DNA of 41,101 bases from positions 1 to 41,101 of IMG/VR virus record IMGVR_UViG_3300048858_000041; one strand, given 5' to 3'. The position numbers and the translations under genes were made by a program. This stretch comes from a virus. Its lineage: Duplodnaviria > Caudoviricetes. The notes beneath the pieces are model-generated. The model saw only the letters and a list, made by a program, of their open reading frames with translations. It was not told the origin of the DNA and did no database searches. The stretch's first letter is position 1. Every line of letters begins with the position of its first letter. Positions 16,475 through 26,216 of this stretch are shown in pieces.

Positions 16475-17560
16475 CTACCACTCCACTTGAATGTTGGAAC
16501 CGTTCTGTTTGGTGCTCAGCGCTAGCAGCCAGCACACCACGGCCACGCCGGCCGCATTCGTCACCACCTTCTCCGCAACGGTGAAGGCGTTGGAGGCGAA
16601 GCCGTTGAGGCGGATCTGCCCGGGCGGCGCGCCCCAGGCCTTGGGGAACACCAGCACCGGATAGCGCCCACCCGAGCAGTCATAGGCATCACTGCGCGGG
16701 CCGTAGCCGCTGGCTAGCTGCTGATCAGGCAGCGCCAGGATCGCCGCATTGTCCGGCACTGGCGTGGGGCTGACGCCGCGGTACGAGCGGTACAGGAAAG
16801 ACAGGCCGGCGGCGGCGCTGGCGGAATCCGACTGCCCCGGCGGGGCATCAGGATCAGCGATCGCCGCCGTCCAGGTCGCATCACTGCTCCAAGGCCCAGG
16901 TGCCAAAATGCTAGTTTGGCCTGCTGGCACCGTCCGGCTTGTAGCGCCCGTGATCTGGACCGGCAGGTCAGGCCGGCTGGTGGTGAGGCTGAGGGTAACC
17001 GCAGGGGCGGAAGCACCAACCTCCAGCACAGATGGTGAGGCCGACAGCGTCAGAGCCGGTGTCACATAGAGCACCAACGCCTCGATCATGGACAGGCGCG
17101 GGTCCAGATTGGCAAAGGCCCAATTCGCGGCCGAGGCCCCCATCGCACCTGCCGCTGACAGAACATCATTCCACGGGATGTTCTCGGCGCCTGTGACGAC
17201 CGAAGATCCATCGCCCGCCACATCCCAATGGATGCGAGCCCCCTGGCGAGACGGCGCGGCGATGTAGCATTCGGCGGTGTAGGGGCCAGGTACCTGCCCA
17301 GGCACCCGCATCCGCAGCGTGCCTGGCTCCGGCTCATCCAGCAGCACCGGCTGCGCCGGGCCAGCCCCAGTCGGCGTGGCGGGCAGCCAGTAGCCGCCAG
17401 CGACCCCGGTTGCCCCAGGCACTAGGGTGCCCGTCAGCCGGTCCACTACATCGAAATAGACGAAGACATCAGACCCGACTGCGGTGCGCTGCCGGAGCGG
17501 ACCGGCCACCGGCCCGATGCGTGGGCGCAGGTACACGTCTGCCGGCGATTTGCCCGACAT
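16475..17560 (-). CDS. tail/virion accessory protein (Ig-like beta domains)
   Basis: GGAGG RBS; located after the tip protein; PALTLSASPSVLEVG beta-rich segment. Confidence 0.7.
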   Translation of the reverse strand: MSGKSPADVYLRPRIGPVAGPLRQRTAVGSDVFVYFDVVDRLTGTLVPGATGVAGGYWLPATPTGAGPAQPVLLDEPEPGTLRMRVPGQVPGPYTAECYIAAPSRQGARIHWDVAGDGSSVVTGAENIPWNDVLSAAGAMGASAANWAFANLDPRLSMIEALVLYVTPALTLSASPSVLEVGASAPAVTLSLTTSRPDLPVQITGATSRTVPAGQTSILAPGPWSSDATWTAAIADPDAPPGQSDSASAAAGLSFLYRSYRGVSPTPVPDNAAILALPDQQLASGYGPRSDAYDCSGGRYPVLVFPKAWGAPPGQIRLNGFASNAFTVAEKVVTNAAGVAVVCWLLALSTKQNGSNIQVEW

Positions 17561-17599
17561 GGCGTTCCTCCAAATTGTCAGTGGATGGGCAGAAGCCCG

Positions 17600-20089
17600 C
17601 TAGCGCTTGTTCGTCTGCGCGATCATGTAGGCGTCGCCGAAGGCGTGCGCGGCGCCATAGTCTTGGCGGATCCTCACGGAGGCCCGCACCGCACCGGGCC
17701 CGAGGGTTCCGCCCCAAATGATGGTCACACCAGACCCGCTCATATCGGCAGTGCGGACAACGCTTCCGTTGATCAGCAGCTCGGCGCTCCCACGGGGTAG
17801 CTCGTAGCTGTCGTCGCCGCCGGGGCCTGGCGTGTAGATGAATGCGCCATTGAACAACAGCTGCGCCGTGACCGCGACGCTGGAGGCGTGGATCGCGTCG
17901 CCGACAGAGCAGGACATGATCTCCACCCACTCCGAAGACACTTCTGCAGCGTCCCAGCTATCCACCGCCAAGCCGGTCACGGCACCCTGCGCGATGTCGC
18001 CGGTCTCTGCATGCCGAGCGGTCGCCCACCCCGCGTAGACGAAATTGGACACATTGCCGCTGCGATCCATCGCTCGCAGCCAGATATGACGCGTCTCGCC
18101 GGCGGCAATCTGCCGCACGAAGAAGTCGGAATAGCTCTCGCCCTGCTTGTACGCAGTATTGAAATCGTAAACACCGGTTTCCCAGATCTCGATCTTGGCG
18201 AGATCCACATCGGCCGGATTGGTCCAGCGGACGACGATCTGCTGAATCGCTCCAGTCACTGTTGGGCCGAGGGGATCACCAGGCGCCGTGGTGTCGCGCT
18301 GACCTGTCGCGGCCAAGATTCCGCTCCAGGCGCTCCTGGCAAGAATGGCTACCGCTCGCACCCGCACGTCCAGTGACTGCCCCACAATCACCGGCGCAAT
18401 CACATAGCGGCTGGCGGGCGAGGGCACCTCGATGCTGTTCCAGTCATTCGTGCCTGACACCCGCCACTGCACCTCCGTGGCTGTCACGAAGGCATGCGCC
18501 GCAGGGGTCCAGGTGACCAGCAGGGCCGGCACGGCGGCGCCGTCACTATTCAGCGCTGTTGTCGGCGTCAGCCCCAGGTTCGTCGGCGCCGGGATGGAGA
18601 GTGGCGAGATGAGGTTCGTATCCGGCGAGGGCGGGATACTGGCCGCCTCATCATAGAGCCAGCCATAGCTGCCCGCCCCCTCTTCACGCAGTGTCAGCGT
18701 GACCAGGCCGGTGATGGGATCAAAGCGCCAACTGCGGATGCGGAACGCCTTCGCGCGCCATCCCAGATCCGGCATTGTCACCGCCAGCGTCTGCATCACC
18801 GTATGACGCAAGGCGCCGTATTTCAGCGTCGCATTGATCTGCAGGCTTTCCCGCTCTGTCAGCACAAGCTGCTTGGCCAGCCGCTGGCAACGGGTGCTGT
18901 CAATGGTGAAGGGCAGCTCGATCTCGCGCCAGATCTCCTCCCCGTCCGCTGCCAGGTAGGTCGGGCTCTGCCAGGGAGTGAAATCTGTCGCTTGCCAGAG
19001 GCTTTGCGGGTCCACGAAGGTGCCGCGGACTCCGTTGAAGATGTCCTTCCGGCTGGGCTTAGTCACGATCTCCAGATCACCCGCCAGATCAGCGGCGGTG
19101 AGGACATCGCTTGGCGGCTCATAAGCACCGCCCCGGATCTCGTACTTCCCCTGCACATAGACGAGCACACCAGCGCCGGCGGAGAGCATTTTCTCGATAA
19201 TATCGATCGGCGCCTCATCCAGCTTGAAGGCACCATCGCATTCATAGCGACGCTGCCACTGGGTGGCTGCCGCATCGAGTTGCACCCCTTCATCGGAGAG
19301 GTTGGCGGCGATCACGGCCGCGCCGTAATTGATTTCATCCTCAGCGCAGGCCAGACCGAAGTCACTACGCAGGTAGTCGAGGATGCACAGCGCCCAATTA
19401 TTGTTGAAGCTGACACTGCCGTTGCGCGGATCATAAACCCGTCGCCCCTGCACTTCGGCCGAGAGGTTGCTCAGGCCTGTCGGGTATGCGGTGGTGTCGT
19501 ACTCCAGCCGCACGTAGAGATAGGCGCAGCCGTACAGAATGTGCTGCGCGCTCCAGCCGTCAGTGCTTTCCGCAACCAGATCCGGGTCGGCCGCTGTCTG
19601 ATCGCCACGGTACTTCCGGATACGGCATTTACCGGAAAGCTGCCCCGCAACCACATTGCCGGATGCATCAATCTGGTCCGGCGTGACCAGCACATCATTG
19701 ATCCAGACGTTGGTGATGTCGTGCACCGGGTGGCAGGCCAGGGGCACCACCAGGTGCAGGAATCGCAGATCCGGACCGCTGCTGCTGGCGTAGATGATTG
19801 GCCCGGACACGCGGGCATGGCCATAAATGACCTGACGCGCCTCGACTGAGGAGCGGACCATCTGCTTGCGGTCCTCAGTGAGGACGGAGCGATTTGCGCT
19901 CTTGTTCAACCCAAGGGCGGCAGACAGGCCGTAGGAGATGCCGATCGCCACCACAGCGCCCGCGACGGCACCGGCGACTATGGCGCCGGTGACCCCGAGC
20001 GCCGCGATAACGGCGGCAGATCCGGCAATGACCGCAGAGGTGCCAGCGGCCGCCGCAGCAGCGACAACGGCAATGCCGACTGCTGGCAT
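17600..20089 (-). CDS. tail tip / host-specificity protein (J-like, with FN3-like domains)
   Basis: RQVIYGHARVSG, AYLYVRL, VQGRRVYDPR, NWALCILDYL, IFNGVRGTF, VRWTNPAD.DL. Confidence 0.9.
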   Translation of the reverse strand: MPAVGIAVVAAAAAAGTSAVIAGSAAVIAALGVTGAIVAGAVAGAVVAIGISYGLSAALGLNKSANRSVLTEDRKQMVRSSVEARQVIYGHARVSGPIIYASSSGPDLRFLHLVVPLACHPVHDITNVWINDVLVTPDQIDASGNVVAGQLSGKCRIRKYRGDQTAADPDLVAESTDGWSAQHILYGCAYLYVRLEYDTTAYPTGLSNLSAEVQGRRVYDPRNGSVSFNNNWALCILDYLRSDFGLACAEDEINYGAAVIAANLSDEGVQLDAAATQWQRRYECDGAFKLDEAPIDIIEKMLSAGAGVLVYVQGKYEIRGGAYEPPSDVLTAADLAGDLEIVTKPSRKDIFNGVRGTFVDPQSLWQATDFTPWQSPTYLAADGEEIWREIELPFTIDSTRCQRLAKQLVLTERESLQINATLKYGALRHTVMQTLAVTMPDLGWRAKAFRIRSWRFDPITGLVTLTLREEGAGSYGWLYDEAASIPPSPDTNLISPLSIPAPTNLGLTPTTALNSDGAAVPALLVTWTPAAHAFVTATEVQWRVSGTNDWNSIEVPSPASRYVIAPVIVGQSLDVRVRAVAILARSAWSGILAATGQRDTTAPGDPLGPTVTGAIQQIVVRWTNPADVDLAKIEIWETGVYDFNTAYKQGESYSDFFVRQIAAGETRHIWLRAMDRSGNVSNFVYAGWATARHAETGDIAQGAVTGLAVDSWDAAEVSSEWVEIMSCSVGDAIHASSVAVTAQLLFNGAFIYTPGPGGDDSYELPRGSAELLINGSVVRTADMSGSGVTIIWGGTLGPGAVRASVRIRQDYGAAHAFGDAYMIAQTNKR

Positions 20090-20090
20090 C

Positions 20091-20525
20091 TCAAATACTC
20101 CAGATACGAATAGCCCGCGAGATCGGCACAAAGGCCAGCCCGTCGCGGCCTGGCGCCGCCACCACGCTACCCAACGCGATGCCGCAGACCAGCTGATTGC
20201 CGACACTCACCAAGGCCCAGTCGCCCCGCTGCGCATAGGCCACCGGGCACTCCGGCGCACCCCAGGCGGCCAGCGCCGCCGCCACGGTCTCCTCCAAGCC
20301 CTGCGAGCCGGTCACCGCCTCGGCCTCAGCTTCCGTGGCATAGCGACCCCGCCATTCCGCCATCGGATCGCTGCCGGTCATCTCCAGCGCGGCATCAGCC
20401 GCCAGGGTGCAGCAATCCTGCACCCCCCATGCGAAGGGCACCTCCCGGCGCGCCTCGATCAGTGCGGCAAGGCGCTCTGCCCAGTCAGGCAGGCGGGAAC
20501 GAACGGGCTGTGGGCGCATGGTCAA
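20091..20525 (-). CDS. NlpC/P60-like tail protein (DUF6950-like)
   Basis: RLPDWAERL...PFAWGVQDCCTLAADA...G.DP...RGRY...AQRGD. Confidence 0.85.
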   Translation of the reverse strand: MTMRPQPVRSRLPDWAERLAALIEARREVPFAWGVQDCCTLAADAALEMTGSDPMAEWRGRYATEAEAEAVTGSQGLEETVAAALAAWGAPECPVAYAQRGDWALVSVGNQLVCGIALGSVVAAPGRDGLAFVPISRAIRIWSI

Positions 20526-21088
20526 CCTTTGAAAGAGCGGCTCGGCCAGATGATCTCTTTGTCGGCGGCCGCCGCGACGAACTCGAAGCCGAGATCGGCC
20601 GGGTACAGGCGCTTCTGGTCCTCCGACGTGTATCGGCGGACACGCGGCCGCTCCCAGTCGCGCAGCCTGTTCTCCAGCTTCACTTCCACGGCCGCTTCCG
20701 TTCCGAGGCGCACATTCATCTGGTCCATGCGCCCCCGGAAGATCAGCACAGGATCCGGCACCACCTGCCAGCTGGCATCTAGCGGCACCTCCCAGACGCG
20801 GGCGGCACGGCCCTGATAGTTTTCCGCCAGCGACGTGACCATGGCGTCGCGGGGGATACCGGAGAGCTGCAGCGTCAACCCGTAGGCTGCCAGGTCCACA
20901 CTCTCCTCCACGGCGGAGACCGTGCCGAGCTGCCCCACCCCCAGGAATTCAATCCCGCCGATCCAGACGGATACGGGGCTCCCGTTCAGCCGCACGAAGG
21001 CTGAGGGAAAGTCCAGCTCAACGGCCAGGATCCGCGTCACGACCTCCGCCTGAACGACAGAGCGAGCAAAGCTAGTCATGCCCCGCAT
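20522..21088 (-). CDS. tail tip/hub protein (gpL/DUF2163-like)
   Basis: FLGVGQLG.VS.VEE, LTLQLSGIP, FRGRMD, RRYTSEDQ...YP.D.GFEFV. Confidence 0.8.
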   Translation of the reverse strand: MRGMTSFARSVVQAEVVTRILAVELDFPSAFVRLNGSPVSVWIGGIEFLGVGQLGTVSAVEESVDLAAYGLTLQLSGIPRDAMVTSLAENYQGRAARVWEVPLDASWQVVPDPVLIFRGRMDQMNVRLGTEAAVEVKLENRLRDWERPRVRRYTSEDQKRLYPADLGFEFVAAAADKEIIWPSRSFKG

Positions 21089-21101
21089 GGGCCGCTCCTA
21101 T

Positions 21102-21127
21102 AAAAAAAAGGGCACCCGCAGGCGCCC
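21102..21127 (-). terminator. intrinsic terminator inside the tail operon
   Basis: Minus strand gggcgcc-tgcg-ggtgccc followed by T8. Confidence 0.75.
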
Positions 21128-21200
21128 ATGTGACAATCCACCTCGGCTCCCCAAGCCTGCTGGCGACTGGTAGCCTGTGACTTTTGGAGGGGAGACTCAG

Positions 21201-21551
21201 ATGATCCGAATGGCTCAGGCCGCCGCAATCCTACTCAGCATCACCGCATGCTCCCCTGGTGGATCAGCCACCGTTGGGGCGGAAGTCATACGCGGAGGCA
21301 CGAAAGTATTTCCTGACGCCGGCGATCCCAACATGATCACCGTCAATCTCCTGAATACTCACGACATTGGCTATGACCTAGAGAACAAGCAGGACCGCAC
21401 CACCTTTATTATGGCGCTTCTCACGCCCCAGTGCGGCCAGCCACGGATCACGGACGAGCGGGTAACGGTGCTCGGCGGCATTGTCCGCACATGGAAAACC
21501 TACACCGTGCGCGCCTACTGCCCGAATGGCGCCAGCTCGCCCGCGACCTGA
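21201..21551 (+). CDS. lipoprotein moron (candidate superinfection exclusion)
   Basis: GGAGGGGAG RBS; MIRMAQAAAILLSITA-C lipobox; two further Cys; antisense to the tail operon. Confidence 0.8.
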   Translation: MIRMAQAAAILLSITACSPGGSATVGAEVIRGGTKVFPDAGDPNMITVNLLNTHDIGYDLENKQDRTTFIMALLTPQCGQPRITDERVTVLGGIVRTWKTYTVRAYCPNGASSPAT

Positions 21552-22178
21552 TCAATAGAGCGCCTCTTCCATCCGGAGGGTGTAGGAGGCGAAGATCTGC
21601 CGGAGCGCCAGGTCGCCCTCATCATCCGAGGCCAGACGGAAGAGGCCAAAGGGGGCATTCACCTCTAAAGCCACCCCGTCCCCGCCTGGCCGCCGGATCG
21701 GCGGCGAGATCTGGATGCCGGCAACGCCATCAGGCCCGCTGTTGACCACCCAGGTCGCCACCTTGTGCAGCATCGGACGCCCGGCCGCATCGGGATAGCT
21801 CAGGAAGTCCCCCGCCAGCAGGACCTGCTGATTAGGCGGCCAGCCGCGCGTCATCAGGGTTTCACCTGTCTGTCCGCCGCCGTGGATCACTGGCGCGCCG
21901 CCGCCGAGGCCACGGCGCGGCGCGTGCATCGGCCGCAGGGTAAACCGGCCAGCCCGCCCGCCGAGCCACGACACGAAAGCATCGATTGCGCGCCAATCCG
22001 CTTCCGGCATGGTCTCCCAGGACATGCTGACCACCCAGCGCGCGCCAGGCAGACGCAATGTCTGGGTGGAGCCATCCAGCGGACTGGTGTGGATCTGCGT
22101 CAGTGCCGACAGCCGCCAGGTGATACCTGAGGGCGGCAGCCAGCCCTCGGGATAGGCCAGATAGGCCGCGTAACTCAT
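21552..22178 (-). CDS. distal tail protein (Dit-like)
   Basis: Immediately after the tape measure; SPLDGSTQT..LPGARW, L.GRAGRF, GGGQTG..L, ISPPIR. Confidence 0.8.
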   Translation of the reverse strand: MSYAAYLAYPEGWLPPSGITWRLSALTQIHTSPLDGSTQTLRLPGARWVVSMSWETMPEADWRAIDAFVSWLGGRAGRFTLRPMHAPRRGLGGGAPVIHGGGQTGETLMTRGWPPNQQVLLAGDFLSYPDAAGRPMLHKVATWVVNSGPDGVAGIQISPPIRRPGGDGVALEVNAPFGLFRLASDDEGDLALRQIFASYTLRMEEALY

Positions 22179-24097
22179 CAGCGCCGCCCCATGGTTTTGC
22201 TCAGCGATCCGCCCCGCTGCACAGTGTCAACGAACTTCGCCCGATCGGCCGCGATCATCTGCTGCATCACTCGCACCAGGCGCTGCTCCACGCCCGCGTC
22301 AGCGCCACGCGCGTCCACGGTATAGGTCGGCGAGTAGACCACGCCGGAGCCGCCAGCCCCCTGCATCGTCACCGGGATGGTCCGGCCGTCCGGCAGCGGC
22401 ACATAGGCTTCCGGCGTGCGCCCCTCACCGAAGAGCGCCAGCTGCGGGCTATTGGCGATGCCACCCGTGGCATAGGGCCTCAGCGGCACCGGACCACCAG
22501 GACCGAATATGCCGCCATTGGCATGCTCGAAGATGATGGTCTCGCCCCGGCTATTTGTCTGCCCCGTCGTGTCAGGGATCGCCACCCCGGCGCCGCCGAA
22601 GGCGCTGCCAAGGGCTTTGCCGACGGCGCTGCCCAGCGAGGTCAGCAGCGAGTTTCCGGCCTTCTCCAGCGGGTTCATGACGGTCAGGCGGATGATCAGG
22701 CGAGAGAGATCCGTCTCCAGCCCCTTCACCACATCCGACAGGGACCCACCGGCGACGATGGCCTGCTCCAGCGCTGATGTCGCCCGCCCGAAGGCGCTTT
22801 CCATCTTCAGACCGGCAGCCTCGCCCTGCTCGCCGATCTTCTTCATGGTGCTGTCGTACTGATCCTTCGCCAGCTTTCCCAGATGCTCCGCCTGTTGCGG
22901 GGACAGGCCCAGCGGCCCGCCGGCGCGGTCAATGGTCGCCGCGTACAGGTCGGTGGCTTTCTGCACATTCTCCAGCGTCTCTTGGTACTTCTGCCAAGCG
23001 GCGATGGTCGGATCCAGCGAAGCCGCCAGCGACTTGGCCGTCTCGTCCTGCTTGAGTCGCAGCTTTTCCAGCATGCCCTCGACATCCGCCTTATCAGCGG
23101 GGTCAGCACGCCCTTTGCGAGCGCGTGGAGGATCGGGAGGGCCATCCGACGGCTCCTCCGGCGGAATGGTGTCCAGCAGAGAGTCGCCGCCGGTCAGCGC
23201 TGTCCTGGCGAGGCCAAGGCGCTGGTTGCTCTCCGCAAGGGTGCGCGCCTGCGGCAGCAGCTTCTCCAGCGCTTCCAGGGCAGACTTGGCCTCACGCGCC
23301 GCCTTGCCGCCGCCGGCCGCGAGCCTTTCCAGCTGGGTGCCGAAGCCGGCGATCGCATCGGGATCCAGGCTCTCGCTGGTGCGCAGGCGGGTCAGCACGC
23401 CGGCAAGATCCCGGACATCATCCGGCACGCCGAGCGGCGCCTGCCCCAGATTAGCCCGCGCCGCGTCCATGGTGGCCGTCCGCTGCACAAAGTCGGCGGC
23501 CCGGTTGCCAACAGCGTCGCGCGCTGCGCCGCGCAACGCCGCCGCAGCCTCATCATTGGCCCGCTGCCGGCGGTCCAGCTCGCGGCGCTCGTATTCCTGC
23601 TGCGTGGCGCTGAGGTTGGCGTATTGCTGCCGCAGATCCTTCAGCGTCTTAACCTGAGTCTCGATACTCGCGGTCAGGCCGGAGGAGGATTTCTCCAGCC
23701 GTTCGAAGTATTCATCAGTGGCTTTAAGCGTATCGTTCAGCTTCTTCGCGGCGTCATCGCCTTCGATGAATTTATAGGCGAGGATACCAACGGTCAGGAT
23801 GGCGCCCGCGACGGCGCCGCCAGTGCCGAACAGGCCAAGAAACTGGCTGCCCTGCTGGCTGAGCGCGGTCAGCGCGCTGGTGCCGCCTTGCACCTGAACA
23901 GCAAAGTCCTGCAGCTGGTAACCGCCCTGCCCCAGAACCTGGTTGAATTTGCCAAAGCTGGAGGCGCTGTTGTCCGCGGCACTTTTGAGCTGCTGCTGCG
24001 CGCGGGTGCCGCTGGCGGTCACCGCATTGAAGGCGGCATCCGCCTGCTGCACCCCATCCACAGTGATGCGAATGGGAAGAGATGTGGCCCCCGACAT
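22178..24097 (-). CDS. tail tape measure protein
   Basis: GYQLQDFAVQVQGG...QQGSQ N-terminal motif; long helical body; ANGG...FGE...PEAYVPL C-terminal motif. Confidence 0.92.
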   Translation of the reverse strand: MSGATSLPIRITVDGVQQADAAFNAVTASGTRAQQQLKSAADNSASSFGKFNQVLGQGGYQLQDFAVQVQGGTSALTALSQQGSQFLGLFGTGGAVAGAILTVGILAYKFIEGDDAAKKLNDTLKATDEYFERLEKSSSGLTASIETQVKTLKDLRQQYANLSATQQEYERRELDRRQRANDEAAAALRGAARDAVGNRAADFVQRTATMDAARANLGQAPLGVPDDVRDLAGVLTRLRTSESLDPDAIAGFGTQLERLAAGGGKAAREAKSALEALEKLLPQARTLAESNQRLGLARTALTGGDSLLDTIPPEEPSDGPPDPPRARKGRADPADKADVEGMLEKLRLKQDETAKSLAASLDPTIAAWQKYQETLENVQKATDLYAATIDRAGGPLGLSPQQAEHLGKLAKDQYDSTMKKIGEQGEAAGLKMESAFGRATSALEQAIVAGGSLSDVVKGLETDLSRLIIRLTVMNPLEKAGNSLLTSLGSAVGKALGSAFGGAGVAIPDTTGQTNSRGETIIFEHANGGIFGPGGPVPLRPYATGGIANSPQLALFGEGRTPEAYVPLPDGRTIPVTMQGAGGSGVVYSPTYTVDARGADAGVEQRLVRVMQQMIAADRAKFVDTVQRGGSLSKTMGRR

Positions 24098-24417
24098 CAG
24101 CCGCCCTTTCTTTTCTTCAGCCCGGCACGGAGGCCGGCATCGAATTCCCGCAGCATCACCAGCGCGCCGTCGGCCGGCACGCCGAACTCACGCGCCAACG
24201 CCACGCCGGCCTGCATGTCGAATTCCAGCCCCATGAAACCGCCCCGAACGGCCCCCATGCCCGCTTTCCAGCAGGCCCAGCCCTCGCGGGTCTCCGGCTC
24301 ACGCTCTGGCAGCTCGTACTCGCACGGGCGGCAGTTCAGGCCGGCGCTTCGGCATCCTTCGCAATAGGCTGGCCCGCCGCCAAAGTGCCATTCGGCGCGA
24401 GCCCGGATTCGTTTCCC
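24097..24417 (-). CDS. frameshift extension (gpT-like) of the tail assembly chaperone
   Basis: The -1 frame from slippery G GGA AAC (24417-24411) reads KRIRARAEWHFGGGPAYCEGC...C..CEY...LKKRKGG* and stops overlapping the tape measure start. Confidence 0.75.
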   Translation of the reverse strand, partial: GKRIRARAEWHFGGGPAYCEGCRSAGLNCRPCEYELPEREPETREGWACWKAGMGAVRGGFMGLEFDMQAGVALAREFGVPADGALVMLREFDAGLRAGLKKRKGG

Positions 24418-24791
24418 TCCGCAGCCCGCGCATTGTGGATCCGCAGGGCCGCATCCAGGAAGGGCACGGTCATGCCGGGCATCTCGATCAGCACGGCGGC
24501 GGCGCCGGGCGAGAACTCGCCGTTAACCCCCTCCCAGCCCTGCACGCAGAGCCGCGCCAAGCCGCGCACAAACAAGGCGTTGCTGACGGACTGGCGCGTC
24601 GCCTGCCCGGCCTCGCCCTGCTCAGGCAGGGGGGCTATCGCTTCGATCTTCTCGATCGCCCGCCGCATCCAGGCGCGTGCTGTGGCCAGCTCCACCTCGC
24701 CGGCCGGCTGGACCAGCACCCGGACTCCGCTCGCCAGTGGAACCCAGGCCGGATCGGCGTTGGGAACCTCGACAATGGCGACACCGCTCAT
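24336..24791 (-). CDS. tail assembly chaperone (gpG-like)
   Basis: Between tail tube and tape measure; V.GWEGV motif; contains the slippery heptamer. Confidence 0.8.
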   Translation of the reverse strand: MSGVAIVEVPNADPAWVPLASGVRVLVQPAGEVELATARAWMRRAIEKIEAIAPLPEQGEAGQATRQSVSNALFVRGLARLCVQGWEGVNGEFSPGAAAVLIEMPGMTVPFLDAALRIHNARAAEGNESGLAPNGTLAAGQPIAKDAEAPA

Positions 24792-25747
24792 GCGTAACTG
24801 CCCTTCGCGTTCCGGAGCGTGACCTGCACCTTCGAGTTGGTGGCAGCCGCCTTGCGCCCCATGAGATTGTAGCTGGCCTGGATGCCAGCCCGCCCGGAGA
24901 TCGGGTAATCGGCCAACTCCAGTCGGGCGTGCGCCACACGCACCATCAGGCTGACGCCGCCGGGCCCGATGTAGCCGAGCGCCAGGTCAATCGGCGTGCC
25001 ACTGCCGGCGTCATTCGGCAGCACCTTGTCGGCGAGCCGCGTGCTGAGGGATCCGGTCACATCCAGCAGCCCCGGCGCCGCCTGCGCGATGCCACCGCCG
25101 GGATTGTTGGCGGCCCGGATGGTCTCCAGCCCGTTGCTGATGGTGAGTGATCCGCTGGTGATGTTCGCCAGGGGCGCCCCGTTGCGGGTGGCGACACCGT
25201 TGCTGCCCAGCAGCGGCACCAGGTCAGGAGGCGCCACCAGGCCGGCGTCCACGCTGGTATCGGCCCGGTCATGGCTGAGGCCCACCATCGCCAGCGTTGC
25301 TGTCTGCGCCGCCGCGCTGAAATTGAATGGTAGCGTCAGCGTGTTAACGCGCAGGCCGTGCATGCGCCGGAAATCGGCCAGATTGGCCGAGCCTTTCTCG
25401 ACCGTGCCGCTCGGCAAGACAGGCGCGCCAGAGGTGAAAACGTGGTCAAACAAACCACCATCCGTCGGCGTCGTGACCGGCGCACCAAAGGTCAGCTGCA
25501 GCCACAAGCCGATGAAGGTGTCATCGATCGGCGTCACCACTGTCGGCGCAACCGTGAGCAGACCGTCGGCGATATAGCCGCCTTCGCGACCGCCGCCGAC
25601 CACGTCCATTGTCTCGACTGGACGGGTGATGCCTGGATCGATGGACATCACCGGAGCCCACATGAATCCGCCCGCCGGCGGCGGTGCGCCATAGGCGGGC
25701 TCGAAGCCCATCAGGACAGAGCTGTCCCATCCGAATCCGAGTGCCAT
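24788..25747 (-). CDS. tail tube (major tail) protein
   Basis: AGGAGG RBS before ATG 25747; FEPAYG.PP, IGLWLQLTFGAP, HVFTSG...LPS.TVE, SNGLE. Confidence 0.85.
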   Translation of the reverse strand: MALGFGWDSSVLMGFEPAYGAPPPAGGFMWAPVMSIDPGITRPVETMDVVGGGREGGYIADGLLTVAPTVVTPIDDTFIGLWLQLTFGAPVTTPTDGGLFDHVFTSGAPVLPSGTVEKGSANLADFRRMHGLRVNTLTLPFNFSAAAQTATLAMVGLSHDRADTSVDAGLVAPPDLVPLLGSNGVATRNGAPLANITSGSLTISNGLETIRAANNPGGGIAQAAPGLLDVTGSLSTRLADKVLPNDAGSGTPIDLALGYIGPGGVSLMVRVAHARLELADYPISGRAGIQASYNLMGRKAAATNSKVQVTLRNAKGSYA

Positions 25748-25763
25748 GGGCACCTCCTCTTGA

Positions 25764-26216
25764 TCAGCGGGTGAAGTAAGCAGAGACCGTCATGGCCTCG
25801 ACGCGAGCTGTGGTGACTTTGCCCTCCACCGCCGCCCGCCCGGCCTCGCTAGGCGCGACCTCCAGCCCGAGGCAGGCGCCCCCAAGCATCCGGTCCGCCA
25901 TCAGCGCATCGCGGCAGAGTGCAAGCTGGGTGGCAGCGTCGTCGCCGGAGCGCGCCGGCCGGCTGGTGGCGTCCGGCTCCAGCTCCCCACGGTCCGCGAC
26001 GGATTCGACGGTGAACTGCGCGGCGACCAAGTCGCGACCACCGACAAAGCTTTCGACAATGCGCAGGCCATCGCCGAAGATCTGCACCGCCGGCAGATCC
26101 TCCGGCTGCAGGGCGGCGTCGCGATCCCGATCCACGCGCGCCTCGCGCCCGGCCAGAGCCGCCCGGAGGACCACCTCCAAAGCGCGGCCGATCCGCACCT
26201 CAGCCGGCGCACTCAC
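25764..26216 (-). CDS. tail terminator/completion-like protein
   Basis: Located before the tail tube; VDRDR......DLPAV. Confidence 0.65.
   Translation of the reverse strand: MSAPAEVRIGRALEVVLRAALAGREARVDRDRDAALQPEDLPAVQIFGDGLRIVESFVGGRDLVAAQFTVESVADRGELEPDATSRPARSGDDAATQLALCRDALMADRMLGGACLGLEVAPSEAGRAAVEGKVTTARVEAMTVSAYFTR

Noticed and set aside
13312-20089. Invertible tail-fibre shufflon or diversity-generating retroelement
   Set aside because: No reverse transcriptase, no template/variable repeat pair, and no inverted alternative fibre ends seen; the recombinase is about 9 kb away
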